Assembly (NCBI GenBank): GCA_033762915.1
Contig: JANRLD010000070.1
Location: 19,745-83,744, forward strand
Source: Meiothermus sp.
GTDB lineage: Bacteria; Deinococcota; Deinococci; Deinococcales; Thermaceae
Direction: 5' to 3'
DNA length: 64,000 bases
The first letter of the stretch is position 1, and each line of letters begins with the position of its first letter. Positions 39,343 through 49,290 of the stretch are shown here, in pieces. The notes beneath the pieces are model-generated. The model was not told where the DNA came from. It saw only the letters and a program-made list of their open reading frames with translations, and searched no databases. Made by a program: the position numbers and the translations under genes.

Positions 39343-40263
39343 CTACCTACAGGTGTCGCTCTCGACCCGGAACCACCGGTTACCGTTCAGGAAGGTCTTG
39401 CCGTCCTCGACGGTGACCCGGATGCGCTCGGTGGACCCGCCCTGCGAGACCAGAACCAGGGTCGCGCCCTGCGCGGTGGCCGACTCGACGCGCCAGCGCC
39501 CGCCGTCCCGATCCTGGCCGCCGCTCGAGGCGTTGGCCCCTGGCACGTTGATGGTGGCGAGCGAGGAGCGGAAGAAGGCGAAGGAGCCGTCGGAACAGAG
39601 GTGCAGGGTGGCCTCGTCGGAGATGCCGCCGCCCGCGCCGCCGTTGTAGCTCGAGAAGTAGCGCAGCATCATCCCGGCCAGCAGGCCGTTCCACTCCTTG
39701 GCGGGGCCGGCGGCGGCGGGCTGCTGGGCCGGCCGCTGGGGCTGCTGGGCCTGGGGCGCGGCAAAGCGGGCCGAGGCGGCCAGACCCTCAAGCAGTTGCC
39801 CGTACAGCCGCTCGTTCTTTTGCGGCCCGGCGTAGAAGAAGATCACATGGCTCTTGGCCGGCCCCAGCAGTGCAATGGCGCGGCCCACGTACTGCGGGTT
39901 GAGGTAGCGGGCGCTGATTTTGGAGCCCTGCACGCTGGGCGCAGCAGTGGGTCGCAGTACCACGCCGCCGCCCAGGTCTTGCTCCTCGCGCAGCAGGCCG
40001 ACCACCTGGGCCTGGGTCTGGTTCTGCAGCAGGATCGCCAGCCCCACCCCCTCCACGGTCTCAGAGCCGAGCACCAGCACCGACTGGCCCCCCTCCTTCT
40101 TGAACACGCCCAGCCACCCCGCAGGCAGGTTGAAGGTCAGGCCGTGCGCGCTGGACTGGACTCGAGCGCCCGCAGCGTATTGCTGGTCGGGCCTCAGCTC
40201 GGCCTGGGCCAGGGCGCAACCGAGGGCGGCGGTCAGTAGGGTCAGGGCGAGGGTGCGGGTCAT
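39343..40263 (-). CDS. Hypothetical secreted two-domain protein
   Basis: Signal peptide, AGGAG RBS, Pro/Gln linker, C-terminal LHLCSDGSF...GRWRV domain. Confidence 0.75.
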   Translation of the reverse strand: MTRTLALTLLTAALGCALAQAELRPDQQYAAGARVQSSAHGLTFNLPAGWLGVFKKEGGQSVLVLGSETVEGVGLAILLQNQTQAQVVGLLREEQDLGGGVVLRPTAAPSVQGSKISARYLNPQYVGRAIALLGPAKSHVIFFYAGPQKNERLYGQLLEGLAASARFAAPQAQQPQRPAQQPAAAGPAKEWNGLLAGMMLRYFSSYNGGAGGGISDEATLHLCSDGSFAFFRSSLATINVPGANASSGGQDRDGGRWRVESATAQGATLVLVSQGGSTERIRVTVEDGKTFLNGNRWFRVESDTCR

Positions 40264-40609
40264 GGTCGGTCTCCTTGAGCTATAGTGTGCAGCCGGCCTG
40301 GTAACGTGCCGGTAACGAGGCGATCGCCCGCATTGCGCCATCGATCATGGCTCCTCTCGAGGTCCAGCTTCTGTTGCGGCTACGGACACGCCCCTCCTCG
40401 TCGAAGCCGCTCTACCGCCAGGAACCGTGGGGCCCAGCAGAGATCCGCCATCCCGCCGCACCTTTGTATTGTAGCCAACCTGCCGCACCGGGCAAACCCG
40501 CGTTCAGGCTCCGGGGCCTCGAGCCCACAACCCCTGAACCCTTTTGAACGGGGGGTGTCCTACCTTCATGGCACCAATCCAGACGGGTTGTGTCTTCGGA
40601 GGTAAGCAG

Positions 40610-42592
40610 ATGAATTTCAACCGTTTAAGGCAACTGGGTTTCTCGGCGCTGCTGCTGGCTCTTGCGGCGTGCGGGTCTTCGCCCACCGCATCCAACCCCC
40701 AGCCCCAGGTCAGCCCCACCCCCACGCCCCCTCCGCCCCCGCCCCCGGCAGTGGGCAGCTTCAGCCTGAGCACCCTCGAGACCCTGACCCTACAGCGGGG
40801 CAAAGGCGCGAACCTGACCGTGCTGCTGGCGCGCAACAGCTTCCCCTACCAGGTCAGCCTGACGCTCAAGAGCGCCCCGGCAGGCGTCGGCAGCGACCTG
40901 CCCAAGGTCAGCGCGGGCAACGAAGTGGGCCTAACCCTCGCAGTGTCCGCCGAGACCGCCCTGGGTACGCACGACCTGGTGTTCGAGGCCGCCGGCAACG
41001 GCGTCACCAAGAGCGCCACCCTCAAGCTCACCGTCGAGGCGGCCGCCCCGCCCGCCCCGCACCCCAGCCCCACCATTGACTTGGTCAGGCTCGAGGGTCT
41101 CGGGGGCGGCAAGCAGGTACGCCAGGGCCACGGCAACATGGTGCTGGTGGTGGAGGGCAGGAACCTCTCGAGCGTTACCGCGGCGACCCTCGAGCGCAAG
41201 GAGGGGGCGAAGGGGGTCTCGGCCCTGGCAGTGACCCTGCCGGTGAGCATCCTCAGCAAGACCGACACCGCCCTTCGGCTGCAAGCCACCGTGGCTCACG
41301 GTGCACCGATCGGCGACTACGACATCGGCATCGTCAACGGCGCGGTGACCAAGGCGGACGCGGTGATGACGGTGACGGCCATCCGGGTGGCCCCCACGGG
41401 CAACGACGCCACGGGCCGGGGAACGTCCGAGTCGCCCTTCCGTAGCCTGACCAAGGCCGTCTCGGTGGCTACCAGCGCCGACCAGATCCTGCTGCGCCAG
41501 GGCGATTACAACATCGCAAACGGCGAGATTTTCCCGATTAACGTGGCGGGAATGAACATCCAGGGCCAGGGAAAGCAAAACACCGTCCTCAGCGGGGTGG
41601 GCGGCAACTCAGACTGCTTGCAGGTGGTGGGCGTCGGGGCCAACACCCGCATAGCCAACCTCCAGGTGCGCGCCTGTGAAGAGGAGGGCATTCAGCTCGA
41701 GGACGGCACAACGGTCCTGGATCGGGTTGCACTGCAAGAGAACAAGGCGAACGGCCTGAGGCTGACGGGCACGGCCCAGGTCACCATCCTTGAGAGCGAC
41801 TTTTACCTCAACACCGCCAACGGTATTTCCGCCCAGAACAGTGCCCAAATCGCCTTCGAGGGCAACCCGCAGAGCACGACGGTTAACAACGGCCAGAGCG
41901 GCATACAGCTGATCACCGGAGCGAAGCTGAGCGGGCGGAGGTTGCTGGCGAGCGGCAACACCCTCGGCCTACGGCTGGCAGGCTCCCAGGTGACGGTCGC
42001 GTTACAGGACAGCACTCTCACCCAAAACACCAGCCACGGCATCTGGGTGCAGAACGCTCAGGAAGTCCAGCTCCAGAGCGTTAGCGTGCTCAACAGCGGA
42101 AGCCGCGGCATCTATGTCAACGGCAACGCCTCGCTGGAGCTGAGGGGGGTAGAGATCGCACATAGCGGGGGCGACGGCATCAACATTGACGCAAGCGCGA
42201 GCGAACTGATCGAGCTGCGCCTGGACACGGTGCGGGTGCGCGGCAGCGGGGAGAGCGGCATCGAGTACCGCTCGGCCAACCCCGCCGGCAGGCTCTGGAT
42301 GACCGAGAGCGACATCGCCGACAACGACACCTACGGCCTCTACATCGCGGGCGTGCCCAGCAACATCAATCTGGGCCAACTGATGCCCGCCAACAACCGC
42401 ATTTTTGAGAACGGCAACACCGCTCTGGTGGACGCCCGGGCCGCAGGGACAGGCTCCATACCCGCCAACGGCACCGACTTCATGGTGGCAGGCGCCCTGG
42501 TCAACGTTTCAGGGAATAAGGCCGGGCCGGACAGCCAACTGCCCCTGTGGCAGGTCGTCAACGCGGGCAACAGCATCAACTTCGGCCCCTAG
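40610..42592 (+). CDS. Lipoprotein with DUF1565/right-handed beta-helix domain
   Basis: Lipobox LAAC, poly-Pro linker, GND..GRGTSESPFRSLTKA and GEIFPI motifs, repeated N..xGI beta-helix turns. Confidence 0.85.
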   Translation: MNFNRLRQLGFSALLLALAACGSSPTASNPQPQVSPTPTPPPPPPPAVGSFSLSTLETLTLQRGKGANLTVLLARNSFPYQVSLTLKSAPAGVGSDLPKVSAGNEVGLTLAVSAETALGTHDLVFEAAGNGVTKSATLKLTVEAAAPPAPHPSPTIDLVRLEGLGGGKQVRQGHGNMVLVVEGRNLSSVTAATLERKEGAKGVSALAVTLPVSILSKTDTALRLQATVAHGAPIGDYDIGIVNGAVTKADAVMTVTAIRVAPTGNDATGRGTSESPFRSLTKAVSVATSADQILLRQGDYNIANGEIFPINVAGMNIQGQGKQNTVLSGVGGNSDCLQVVGVGANTRIANLQVRACEEEGIQLEDGTTVLDRVALQENKANGLRLTGTAQVTILESDFYLNTANGISAQNSAQIAFEGNPQSTTVNNGQSGIQLITGAKLSGRRLLASGNTLGLRLAGSQVTVALQDSTLTQNTSHGIWVQNAQEVQLQSVSVLNSGSRGIYVNGNASLELRGVEIAHSGGDGINIDASASELIELRLDTVRVRGSGESGIEYRSANPAGRLWMTESDIADNDTYGLYIAGVPSNINLGQLMPANNRIFENGNTALVDARAAGTGSIPANGTDFMVAGALVNVSGNKAGPDSQLPLWQVVNAGNSINFGP

Positions 42593-42820
42593 ACCAAGCA
42601 CTTGCGAGCGTGTGGCGCAAGGACTTGCCGCCTCCACCTTACCCGCAAATCCTTCGTCGACCCTGATACGGCTTAGGGCAACCCCAAAGTGGCCCCCGAG
42701 ATGTCAAACTTCAGCGGACTTCAGTCTCCACTCGGCAACATCTTGGGGCTGAAGTCCGCCCCCGCCACGTTTTCTGGAGATTTCCAGATCAACCGACGAA
42801 CCACTTCAACAGGAGTACTC

Positions 42821-43186
42821 ATGACCCCCACAGCTTCCCTCTACGAAACCCTCGGCGGCAAAGCAGCCATCGGCGCGGTGGTGGACGACTTCTACAGGCG
42901 TGTTCTGGCCGACCCCGCCTTAGCGCACCGCTTCGCGCAGACCGAGATGGACAAGCAGCGCAAGCACCTCGCGGCCTTCATGGCCCTGGCACTGGGCGGC
43001 CCCGACGAGTACGCCGGGCGCAGCATGGAGAAAGCCCACGCCGGACTAAACATCACCCGGGCCGAGTTCGGCGCGGTGGCGGGGCACCTGGTGCAAACCC
43101 TGCGGGCCCTCGGAGTGCCCCAAGCGCACATCGACAGCGTAATCGGCCGGGTGGCGGGCCTCGAGAGCGGTATTGTAGGAAAGTAG
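42821..43186 (+). CDS. Group I truncated haemoglobin (copy 1)
   Basis: SLYETLGG, DDFYRRV, LGGPDEYAGRSM and proximal His in KAH. Confidence 0.95.
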   Translation: MTPTASLYETLGGKAAIGAVVDDFYRRVLADPALAHRFAQTEMDKQRKHLAAFMALALGGPDEYAGRSMEKAHAGLNITRAEFGAVAGHLVQTLRALGVPQAHIDSVIGRVAGLESGIVGK

Positions 43187-43202
43187 CTCTCAGGAGGTAG
43201 CC

Positions 43203-43649
43203 ATGAGCGAAGTTCACTACACACGCCTCGGCAAGGACGACCTCGAGCTGGCCCGCCAGATCATCGTCACGATCGCGGAGGTCTTCGGGGAGCCCTACGC
43301 TCGGGTGAGCCACAGCTACCTCGAGAACCTCCTGAGCCGCCCCGACTTTTGGATCATCGCTGCGCTGGACGGGGACAAGGCGGTGGGTGGGCTGAGCGCC
43401 TATACCCTGACCATGACCCGCACCGAGTCCGCCGAGGTGTTCATCTACGACCTCGCGGTTCGCGAAGACCAGCAGCGCCGTGGCATTGGGCGCGGGTTGA
43501 TGGGGGCGCTGATCGAGGCCGCGCGGGCCGAAGGGATTGAGACCGTCTTCGTGCCCGCGGACAACGAGGACCTGCACGCCCTCGAGTTCTACCGGGCCGT
43601 AGGCGGGGCCCCCCAGCCGGTGACCTTCTTCAACTTCGGCGCCGATTAG
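43203..43649 (+). CDS. AAC(3)-I-like GNAT acetyltransferase
   Basis: VGGLSAYTL, EVFIYDLAV, RRGIGRGL, FVPADNED and ALEFY motifs. Confidence 0.85.
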   Translation: MSEVHYTRLGKDDLELARQIIVTIAEVFGEPYARVSHSYLENLLSRPDFWIIAALDGDKAVGGLSAYTLTMTRTESAEVFIYDLAVREDQQRRGIGRGLMGALIEAARAEGIETVFVPADNEDLHALEFYRAVGGAPQPVTFFNFGAD

Positions 43650-43722
43650 GCCCTTCAGGACAGGGTTGAACGCTTTTGAACGCCGATACTCTAGGGTTAA
43701 GAGGACACGCGGGGAGGCCAGC

Positions 43723-44091
43723 ATGGGCACACAGACCACATCCCTATACCAGACCCTGGGCGGCCAGGCGGCGATCGAGTCAGTGGTGGCGGAGTTCTAC
43801 CGGCGGGTGCTCGAGGACCCCCGCATCAACCACTACTTCCTCAGGGTAGACATGGAGAAGCTGCACGCACACCAGACCGCGTTCGTGGCCCACCTGCTGG
43901 GGGGCCCCCACGCTTACATGGGCCGCGACATGGCCGAGGCCCACGTCGAGCTCCACCTCAGCAAGTCCGACTTCGACGCGGTGGCCGGGCACATGGTGGC
44001 GGCCCTCGAGCGCCATGCGGTATCGCAAGTCCACATCGACGCGGTGATCAGCAAGATCGCGGCCCTCGAGCGCGAGATCGTCCACAAGTAG
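43723..44091 (+). CDS. Group I truncated haemoglobin (copy 2)
   Basis: SLYQTLGG, EFYRRV, HQTAF and LGGPHAYMGRDMAEAH motifs. Confidence 0.95.
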   Translation: MGTQTTSLYQTLGGQAAIESVVAEFYRRVLEDPRINHYFLRVDMEKLHAHQTAFVAHLLGGPHAYMGRDMAEAHVELHLSKSDFDAVAGHMVAALERHAVSQVHIDAVISKIAALEREIVHK

Positions 44092-44244
44092 CCCCTCCAG
44101 GGCCACCGAACATCGCAGGCCCAGAGCGGCACTGTGTGAAACGGCGCAGAAACCCGCGCGAACGCGATAAGGTCTGCAGAGGGCTCCCCACAGTGTTTTA
44201 GGTCTAAACTTAGCACAGCGGCCACAACTCGAGGTTCCCTGCCG

Positions 44245-47200
44245 ATGAGCCACCTGAGCGTAAAACTGTTGGGCTACCCCGAGGTGAGTTTTGCCGGGGA
44301 GCGGCTCAAGCTGCCGACCCAGAAGGTGCAGGCCGTGCTGTACTTCCTGGCCCTCCGCAGGCGGGCCTCCCGCGAGGAACTGGCCGAGCTGCTCTGGGAG
44401 CCGGAGGCCCGCCACCGCCTGCGCCCCGAGCTGCACCGCCTTAAAAACCTGCCCGGCGCAGAGGACTGGCTCGAGTTGGACCAGACCGCCGCCGTGCGGG
44501 CGGCCACCGACCTGGCCAGGTTCGAGGCGGCAGTGCGGGGGGAGCAGTTCGCGGAGGCCCTCGAGCTTCACCCCGAGAACGCGCTGTTGTTGCAGGGCTT
44601 TAGCGTCGAGGACGCGCCGCAGTTCGCGGACTGGCTCGAGGAGGAGCGCGGGCGGGTGGGCGGTCTGTACCGCGAGGCGCTGCGGGGCCGGGCATTGCAG
44701 CTCAGCCAGGGGGGGCAAACCCACGAAGCCCTGGACCTGGTGCGCCGGCTGATCGAACTCGACCCCCTCGACGAGAGCGCTCACCGGCTGGCGATGCGCC
44801 TGGAGTACGCGCGCGGCTACGTCCAAGCCGCGCTCAAGCACTACGACGCCTGCCGCCGGGCGCTGGCCGAGGAGTTGGGCCTCGAGCCCCAGGAAGAGAC
44901 CCTGGCGCTGGCCAGGGAAATCCAGCGGGGCAGCGCCCTGCCCGCCTACCAGATCGCCGGACAAAAGCGGCTCCCCAAAGCATTCCTTCGCCCCCCGCTG
45001 CTTGTGGCCCGCGAGGAGGTCTGGGCGCGCATGGAGGCCGCCTACGAGGCCGGGCAGGCGATTTTTATCTCGGGCGGGGCGGGAACCGGCAAGACCCGCC
45101 TGATGCTGGATTTCGCCCGAAGCAAGGGAGATTTTTTGATGGCCGAGGGGCGCATTGGCGACCAGAACATTCCCTTCAGCAGCGTGGCCCGCCTGTTCCG
45201 CCGCTACCTGGCCGACTACCCCGAGCGGCGGCTGGAGCCTTGGGTCAGGCAGGAGCTCGCCCGCCTCCTGCCCGAAGCGGGCGAACACGCCCCCGGCCTG
45301 CAAGACCTGCCGCGCTTCGCCCCCGCCGTGCAGGCCTTTTTCGCCCACGCGGCCGAGCACTTCTCAGTCCTGCCCACCGACAACCTGCACCTCTTCGACC
45401 CCCTCAGCGCCGAGATCAGCGGTCGGGCAGCCTATGCGATCTTCTCCCAGCCGCAGGGCCCGCGCAAAGTCTGTGCCATCAACACCTTCCGCTCCGACGA
45501 GGTGGGGCCGGAGTTCTGGCGAAGCATCGAGCACTTCATCACCCAGGGTCTGGGAGTTCACATCGAGCTGGGGCCGCTGGGCCGGGAGGACCTCGAGCGG
45601 ATGCTGGTGAGTCTGGGCCTCGAGGACGCGGGCAACCTGGCGGCGCGGCTGCACCGGCTGACCGGCGGCAACCCGCAGTTCGTGATGGAGACCCTCAAGT
45701 CGCTGCACGCCACTGGGCAACTGGACAACATCCCCGAGCGCATCGCCCTGCCCGAGCGGCTGCTCTACGTGCTGGGCAAACGCCTCGACGGGCTGTCGAC
45801 GGTCGGGCTGCGTGTCGCAAAGGCCGTGGCCACCGTCGAGCAGACCCTGAGCGCCGAGACCCTGGCCGAACTGCTCGAGCTCAACGCCTTCGACGTTGCC
45901 GAGGCGATCGCCGAACTCGAGCAGGCCCAGGTGTTTCACAACGGTGGCTTCGTCCACGACCTGTTGCAAGAGGCCGCCAAGGCCCAGACACCAGCAGCGG
46001 TGCGGCGCCTGCTGCACAAGCGCATGGCGGCCCTGCTCGAGCGCAGCACCCCCGACCCTGCTCTCATCGCCCACCACTACCTGGCCGCCGACGAGCGCGA
46101 GAAGGCCCTCCCCTGGCGGCTCAGGGCCATCGAGGAAGCCACCGCCGCCGGCTTCCGGGCGCAAGCGGCGGGGTGGCTCGAGGAGTTGCTGTTCGAGGCC
46201 ACCCAGGACAGCAAGGTGTACCCGCAGGCGCTGGTGCTCAAAGGCCAGCTGCTGCTGGTGCAGGACGTGGACGGGGCTGAGGCGTGCTTCCGGGAGGCCC
46301 TCGAGCTGAGCAAGCACCTCTACTTGGATTTGCAGGTGGCTGCGCTCGAGGGCCTCGCGCAGTGCGCCCGCCGCAGGCACCAGCACGCCCAGGCCTTGGG
46401 CTGGCTCGAGGCGGCCTTCAAGCTTCCGATGGAGAACGTCCAGCGGGCGCGGCTGCACCACCTCTCGGCCATCGCCCACTCTTTCACGGGCCGCATGACC
46501 GAGGCCGAGGCCGCTTTCTATCAGGCCATCCAGGCCGACCCCCTGCGGGTGCAGTACCCGCTCGACCTCGCCACCTTTAGGTGGCACCAGGGGCGCCTGC
46601 GCGAGAACGTCGGCCTGCTGCTGGACTTGCTGCGGCGCTACCCCGAACAGGCCCAGTTGACCCAGATTTATCACAATCTCGGTACCAGCTTCTGGGTGCT
46701 TGGCGACGCGCCTCAAGCCCTGGCCTGGCTCGAGCGGAGCCTCGAGGTCTGGGGCGGCAGCGGGCACCTTCAGCACGAGGGCATGACCCACCTGGGGCTG
46801 GGCTCGGTACACACCAGCATGGGCCACTACGCCAGAGCGCTGGAGTTCCACCGGAGAGCCGAGGCGGTGTTCGGCCAGTTGGGGGTGGCGGCTCGAGTGG
46901 CGGACGCGCAGTGCCGCATGGCCTACGTGTATTTGCTGGGCGGTCGGCTGCGGGAGGCCCTCGAGCTGTGCCAGAGATCCATCCCGGTGCTCAAGCAGCA
47001 CGAGCCCTTCTTGCTCAGCTACGCGCTGTCGTTTCTGTCGCGCACCTTGTACAAAATGGGCGACACGAAAACGGCGCGCGCGGTCATCGAGGAGGCGGTG
47101 AACGCGGCCGAGCACAGCCAGCACCCGCTGGGGCTTCAGATCGTGCTGCCGGTCTTCGCCGAGCTGGTTTTGCAGGGCGGCGACAAGGCCCAGGCCGCCA

Positions 47201-47478
47201 AGGTCAACGGCCGCATCTTGCACCTCGCGCGCACCACCGAGTCGCTGGAGAGCCTGGCCAACGCGTTGATCTTCCAGGCCAAGCTGTCCGAGGAGGCCAG
47301 CAGGCTACCCATGCTGACCGAGGCCCTCGAGATCGCCGAGCGGAACAGGCTGGCTCCGGTCGCACTCGAGGCCGCGGCCGCACTCAGCAAGCTCGATGGC
47401 GCTTACGAGGTTAAGCGCCTGGAGTGGCAGGGCTACCTCGAGCAAAACGCCCTCAGCGAACCGGAAGCAAGTCGCTAG
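44245..47478 (+). CDS. SARP/BTAD-AAA-TPR transcriptional regulator
   Basis: N-terminal LLG...REELAELLW, BTAD (DPLDESAHRLAM, LGLEP), Walker A GGAGTGKT, TGGNP and C-terminal TPRs. Confidence 0.9.
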   Translation: MSHLSVKLLGYPEVSFAGERLKLPTQKVQAVLYFLALRRRASREELAELLWEPEARHRLRPELHRLKNLPGAEDWLELDQTAAVRAATDLARFEAAVRGEQFAEALELHPENALLLQGFSVEDAPQFADWLEEERGRVGGLYREALRGRALQLSQGGQTHEALDLVRRLIELDPLDESAHRLAMRLEYARGYVQAALKHYDACRRALAEELGLEPQEETLALAREIQRGSALPAYQIAGQKRLPKAFLRPPLLVAREEVWARMEAAYEAGQAIFISGGAGTGKTRLMLDFARSKGDFLMAEGRIGDQNIPFSSVARLFRRYLADYPERRLEPWVRQELARLLPEAGEHAPGLQDLPRFAPAVQAFFAHAAEHFSVLPTDNLHLFDPLSAEISGRAAYAIFSQPQGPRKVCAINTFRSDEVGPEFWRSIEHFITQGLGVHIELGPLGREDLERMLVSLGLEDAGNLAARLHRLTGGNPQFVMETLKSLHATGQLDNIPERIALPERLLYVLGKRLDGLSTVGLRVAKAVATVEQTLSAETLAELLELNAFDVAEAIAELEQAQVFHNGGFVHDLLQEAAKAQTPAAVRRLLHKRMAALLERSTPDPALIAHHYLAADEREKALPWRLRAIEEATAAGFRAQAAGWLEELLFEATQDSKVYPQALVLKGQLLLVQDVDGAEACFREALELSKHLYLDLQVAALEGLAQCARRRHQHAQALGWLEAAFKLPMENVQRARLHHLSAIAHSFTGRMTEAEAAFYQAIQADPLRVQYPLDLATFRWHQGRLRENVGLLLDLLRRYPEQAQLTQIYHNLGTSFWVLGDAPQALAWLERSLEVWGGSGHLQHEGMTHLGLGSVHTSMGHYARALEFHRRAEAVFGQLGVAARVADAQCRMAYVYLLGGRLREALELCQRSIPVLKQHEPFLLSYALSFLSRTLYKMGDTKTARAVIEEAVNAAEHSQHPLGLQIVLPVFAELVLQGGDKAQAAKVNGRILHLARTTESLESLANALIFQAKLSEEASRLPMLTEALEIAERNRLAPVALEAAAALSKLDGAYEVKRLEWQGYLEQNALSEPEASR

Positions 47479-47662
47479 GCCCACCCCCAGCACGGGAGAT
47501 CGGCGGCCACGTCAGACGGATGAGGTTGGCGGGCGACGGCAAGCTATAGGGTGGGCTGCCCCCCTCCCCTCCTCACCCGGTCTTTTTCCGCCCCTCGCCG
47601 GGTTTTGCCCTCGGAGGTACTCCCGTCACTGTACCCGACACCTCGTGACGGTATAAATAGAT

Positions 47663-49222
47663 GTGGAGCTTGTCTGGGTCATTGCCGCATACGGACTGGG
47701 GTTGTTGGCGAGCCGGGTCGGGTTCCCACCCCTGGTGGGCTACTTGGCGGCAGGATTCGCGCTGTGGGGGTTCGGCTACAAGACCGGCGAACTGCTCGAG
47801 GGCCTGGCCGAGGTCGGCGTTCTACTGCTCCTTTTCACGGTGGGGCTAAAGCTGCGGCCCGCGAGCCTGATCAAGCTCGAGGTGCTGGGAGTGGGGGGCC
47901 TACACCTCTTCGTCTTCGCGGTGGCGCTGGGCATCGGGGCGATGCTGGTGGGGATGGGGACACCCCAGGCAATGTTCATTGGGATCGGGCTGGCCTTCTC
48001 GAGTACCGTGCTGGCGGTCAAGCTGCTGGAGGACCGGCGCGAACTCTCGACCTTCCACGGGCGGCTGGTGGTAGGAATTCTGGTGCTGCAAGACCTGGTC
48101 GCGGTGGGGATGCTGGCCTACGCGGGCGTGAAGGCCCCCACCCCCTGGGCGCTGCTGCTGCTGGCCCTGCCGCTGCTGCGGCCGCTGGCCATCTGGGTCC
48201 TGGAGCGCAGCGGCCACGACGAGCTGCTGCTGCTGTTCGGGCTGGGGGCCGCGCTGGGCGGGGCCGGGCTGGCCCAGGGGTTGGGGGTTTCGCCCGAGCT
48301 GGGGGCGCTGTTCGCGGGGGCGGTGCTGGCCGGACACGCCCAGACCTCGGAGCTTTCGCGCACCCTGTGGGGCCTGAAAGAGACCTTTCTGGTGGCCTTC
48401 TTCCTGCAGATCGGGCTGCTGGGGCTGCCGCAGGCCGATGCGCTGGGCTGGGTGGTACTGTTCCTGGCCCTGATCCCGCTCAAGGCAGCGCTGTTCTTCT
48501 TCCTGCTGGTGGCCTTCGGGCTGCGCTCGCGCACCGCCTTCGTTACCAGTGTGGCCCTCTCGAGCTACTCCGAGTTCGCCCTCATCACCACCGCCGCCGC
48601 CGTGAGCAGCGGCCTGCTTTCGGAGAACTGGGGGCAGATCATGGGCCTGGTGGTGGCCGCCTCGCTGGTGGTCGCGGCCCCGCTCAACCGCTCGGTACAC
48701 GGGCTCTACCATCGCCTCGAGCTGCAGCTCCTGCGCTTCGAGCGCAAAGGCCAGCACTACGACGACGAGCCCACCCAGCTGGGCGGGGCCAACTGGCTGA
48801 TCGTGGGGATGGGGCGAACCGGCGGAAGTGCCTACAAGATGCTCGAGAGCCGGGGAAAGCAGATTCTGGGCCTCGACGCCGACGAGGGCAAGCTCGAGGC
48901 CCACCGCGCCAAGGGCCGCAACGTGCGCTACGGCGACTCCGAAGACCCCGAGCTGTGGGAGCGCCTCGAGCTAGACGGCCTCGAGGGCGTCCTGCTGACC
49001 CTTCCCGACCTAGACGCCAAGCTCCTGGGCGTCCAGGGCCTCAAGCGGCGCGGCTTCGGCGGCACCATTGCCGTCACCAGCTACCACCGCGAGGAGGACC
49101 CGCTGCTTCGGTCCGCAGGTGCGACCCTGATCTTCCACCCCTTCGCCGCAGCGGGCGAGCGTTTAGCCGAGCAGGTGCTGGAGGAGCAGGTGGAGTTGGA
49201 GGAGGCGATGAGCAGAGGGTGA
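47663..49222 (+). CDS. CPA2/Kef-type cation:proton antiporter with RCK (TrkA-N) domain
   Basis: LLFTVGL, FSST, LVLQDL, SEFALI and IVGMGRTG motifs. Confidence 0.92.
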   Translation: MELVWVIAAYGLGLLASRVGFPPLVGYLAAGFALWGFGYKTGELLEGLAEVGVLLLLFTVGLKLRPASLIKLEVLGVGGLHLFVFAVALGIGAMLVGMGTPQAMFIGIGLAFSSTVLAVKLLEDRRELSTFHGRLVVGILVLQDLVAVGMLAYAGVKAPTPWALLLLALPLLRPLAIWVLERSGHDELLLLFGLGAALGGAGLAQGLGVSPELGALFAGAVLAGHAQTSELSRTLWGLKETFLVAFFLQIGLLGLPQADALGWVVLFLALIPLKAALFFFLLVAFGLRSRTAFVTSVALSSYSEFALITTAAAVSSGLLSENWGQIMGLVVAASLVVAAPLNRSVHGLYHRLELQLLRFERKGQHYDDEPTQLGGANWLIVGMGRTGGSAYKMLESRGKQILGLDADEGKLEAHRAKGRNVRYGDSEDPELWERLELDGLEGVLLTLPDLDAKLLGVQGLKRRGFGGTIAVTSYHREEDPLLRSAGATLIFHPFAAAGERLAEQVLEEQVELEEAMSRG

Positions 49223-49290
49223 CGCGTGGAGCGCTGAAAAGACCTTGACGCTTCCAGAGTTCTTTCTGCGTTCTACCCCCTACGCCCGCC

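Noticed and set aside
43203..43649. AAC(3) as an integron resistance cassette
   Set aside because: No attC or integrase; codon usage and CTCGAG content match the host.
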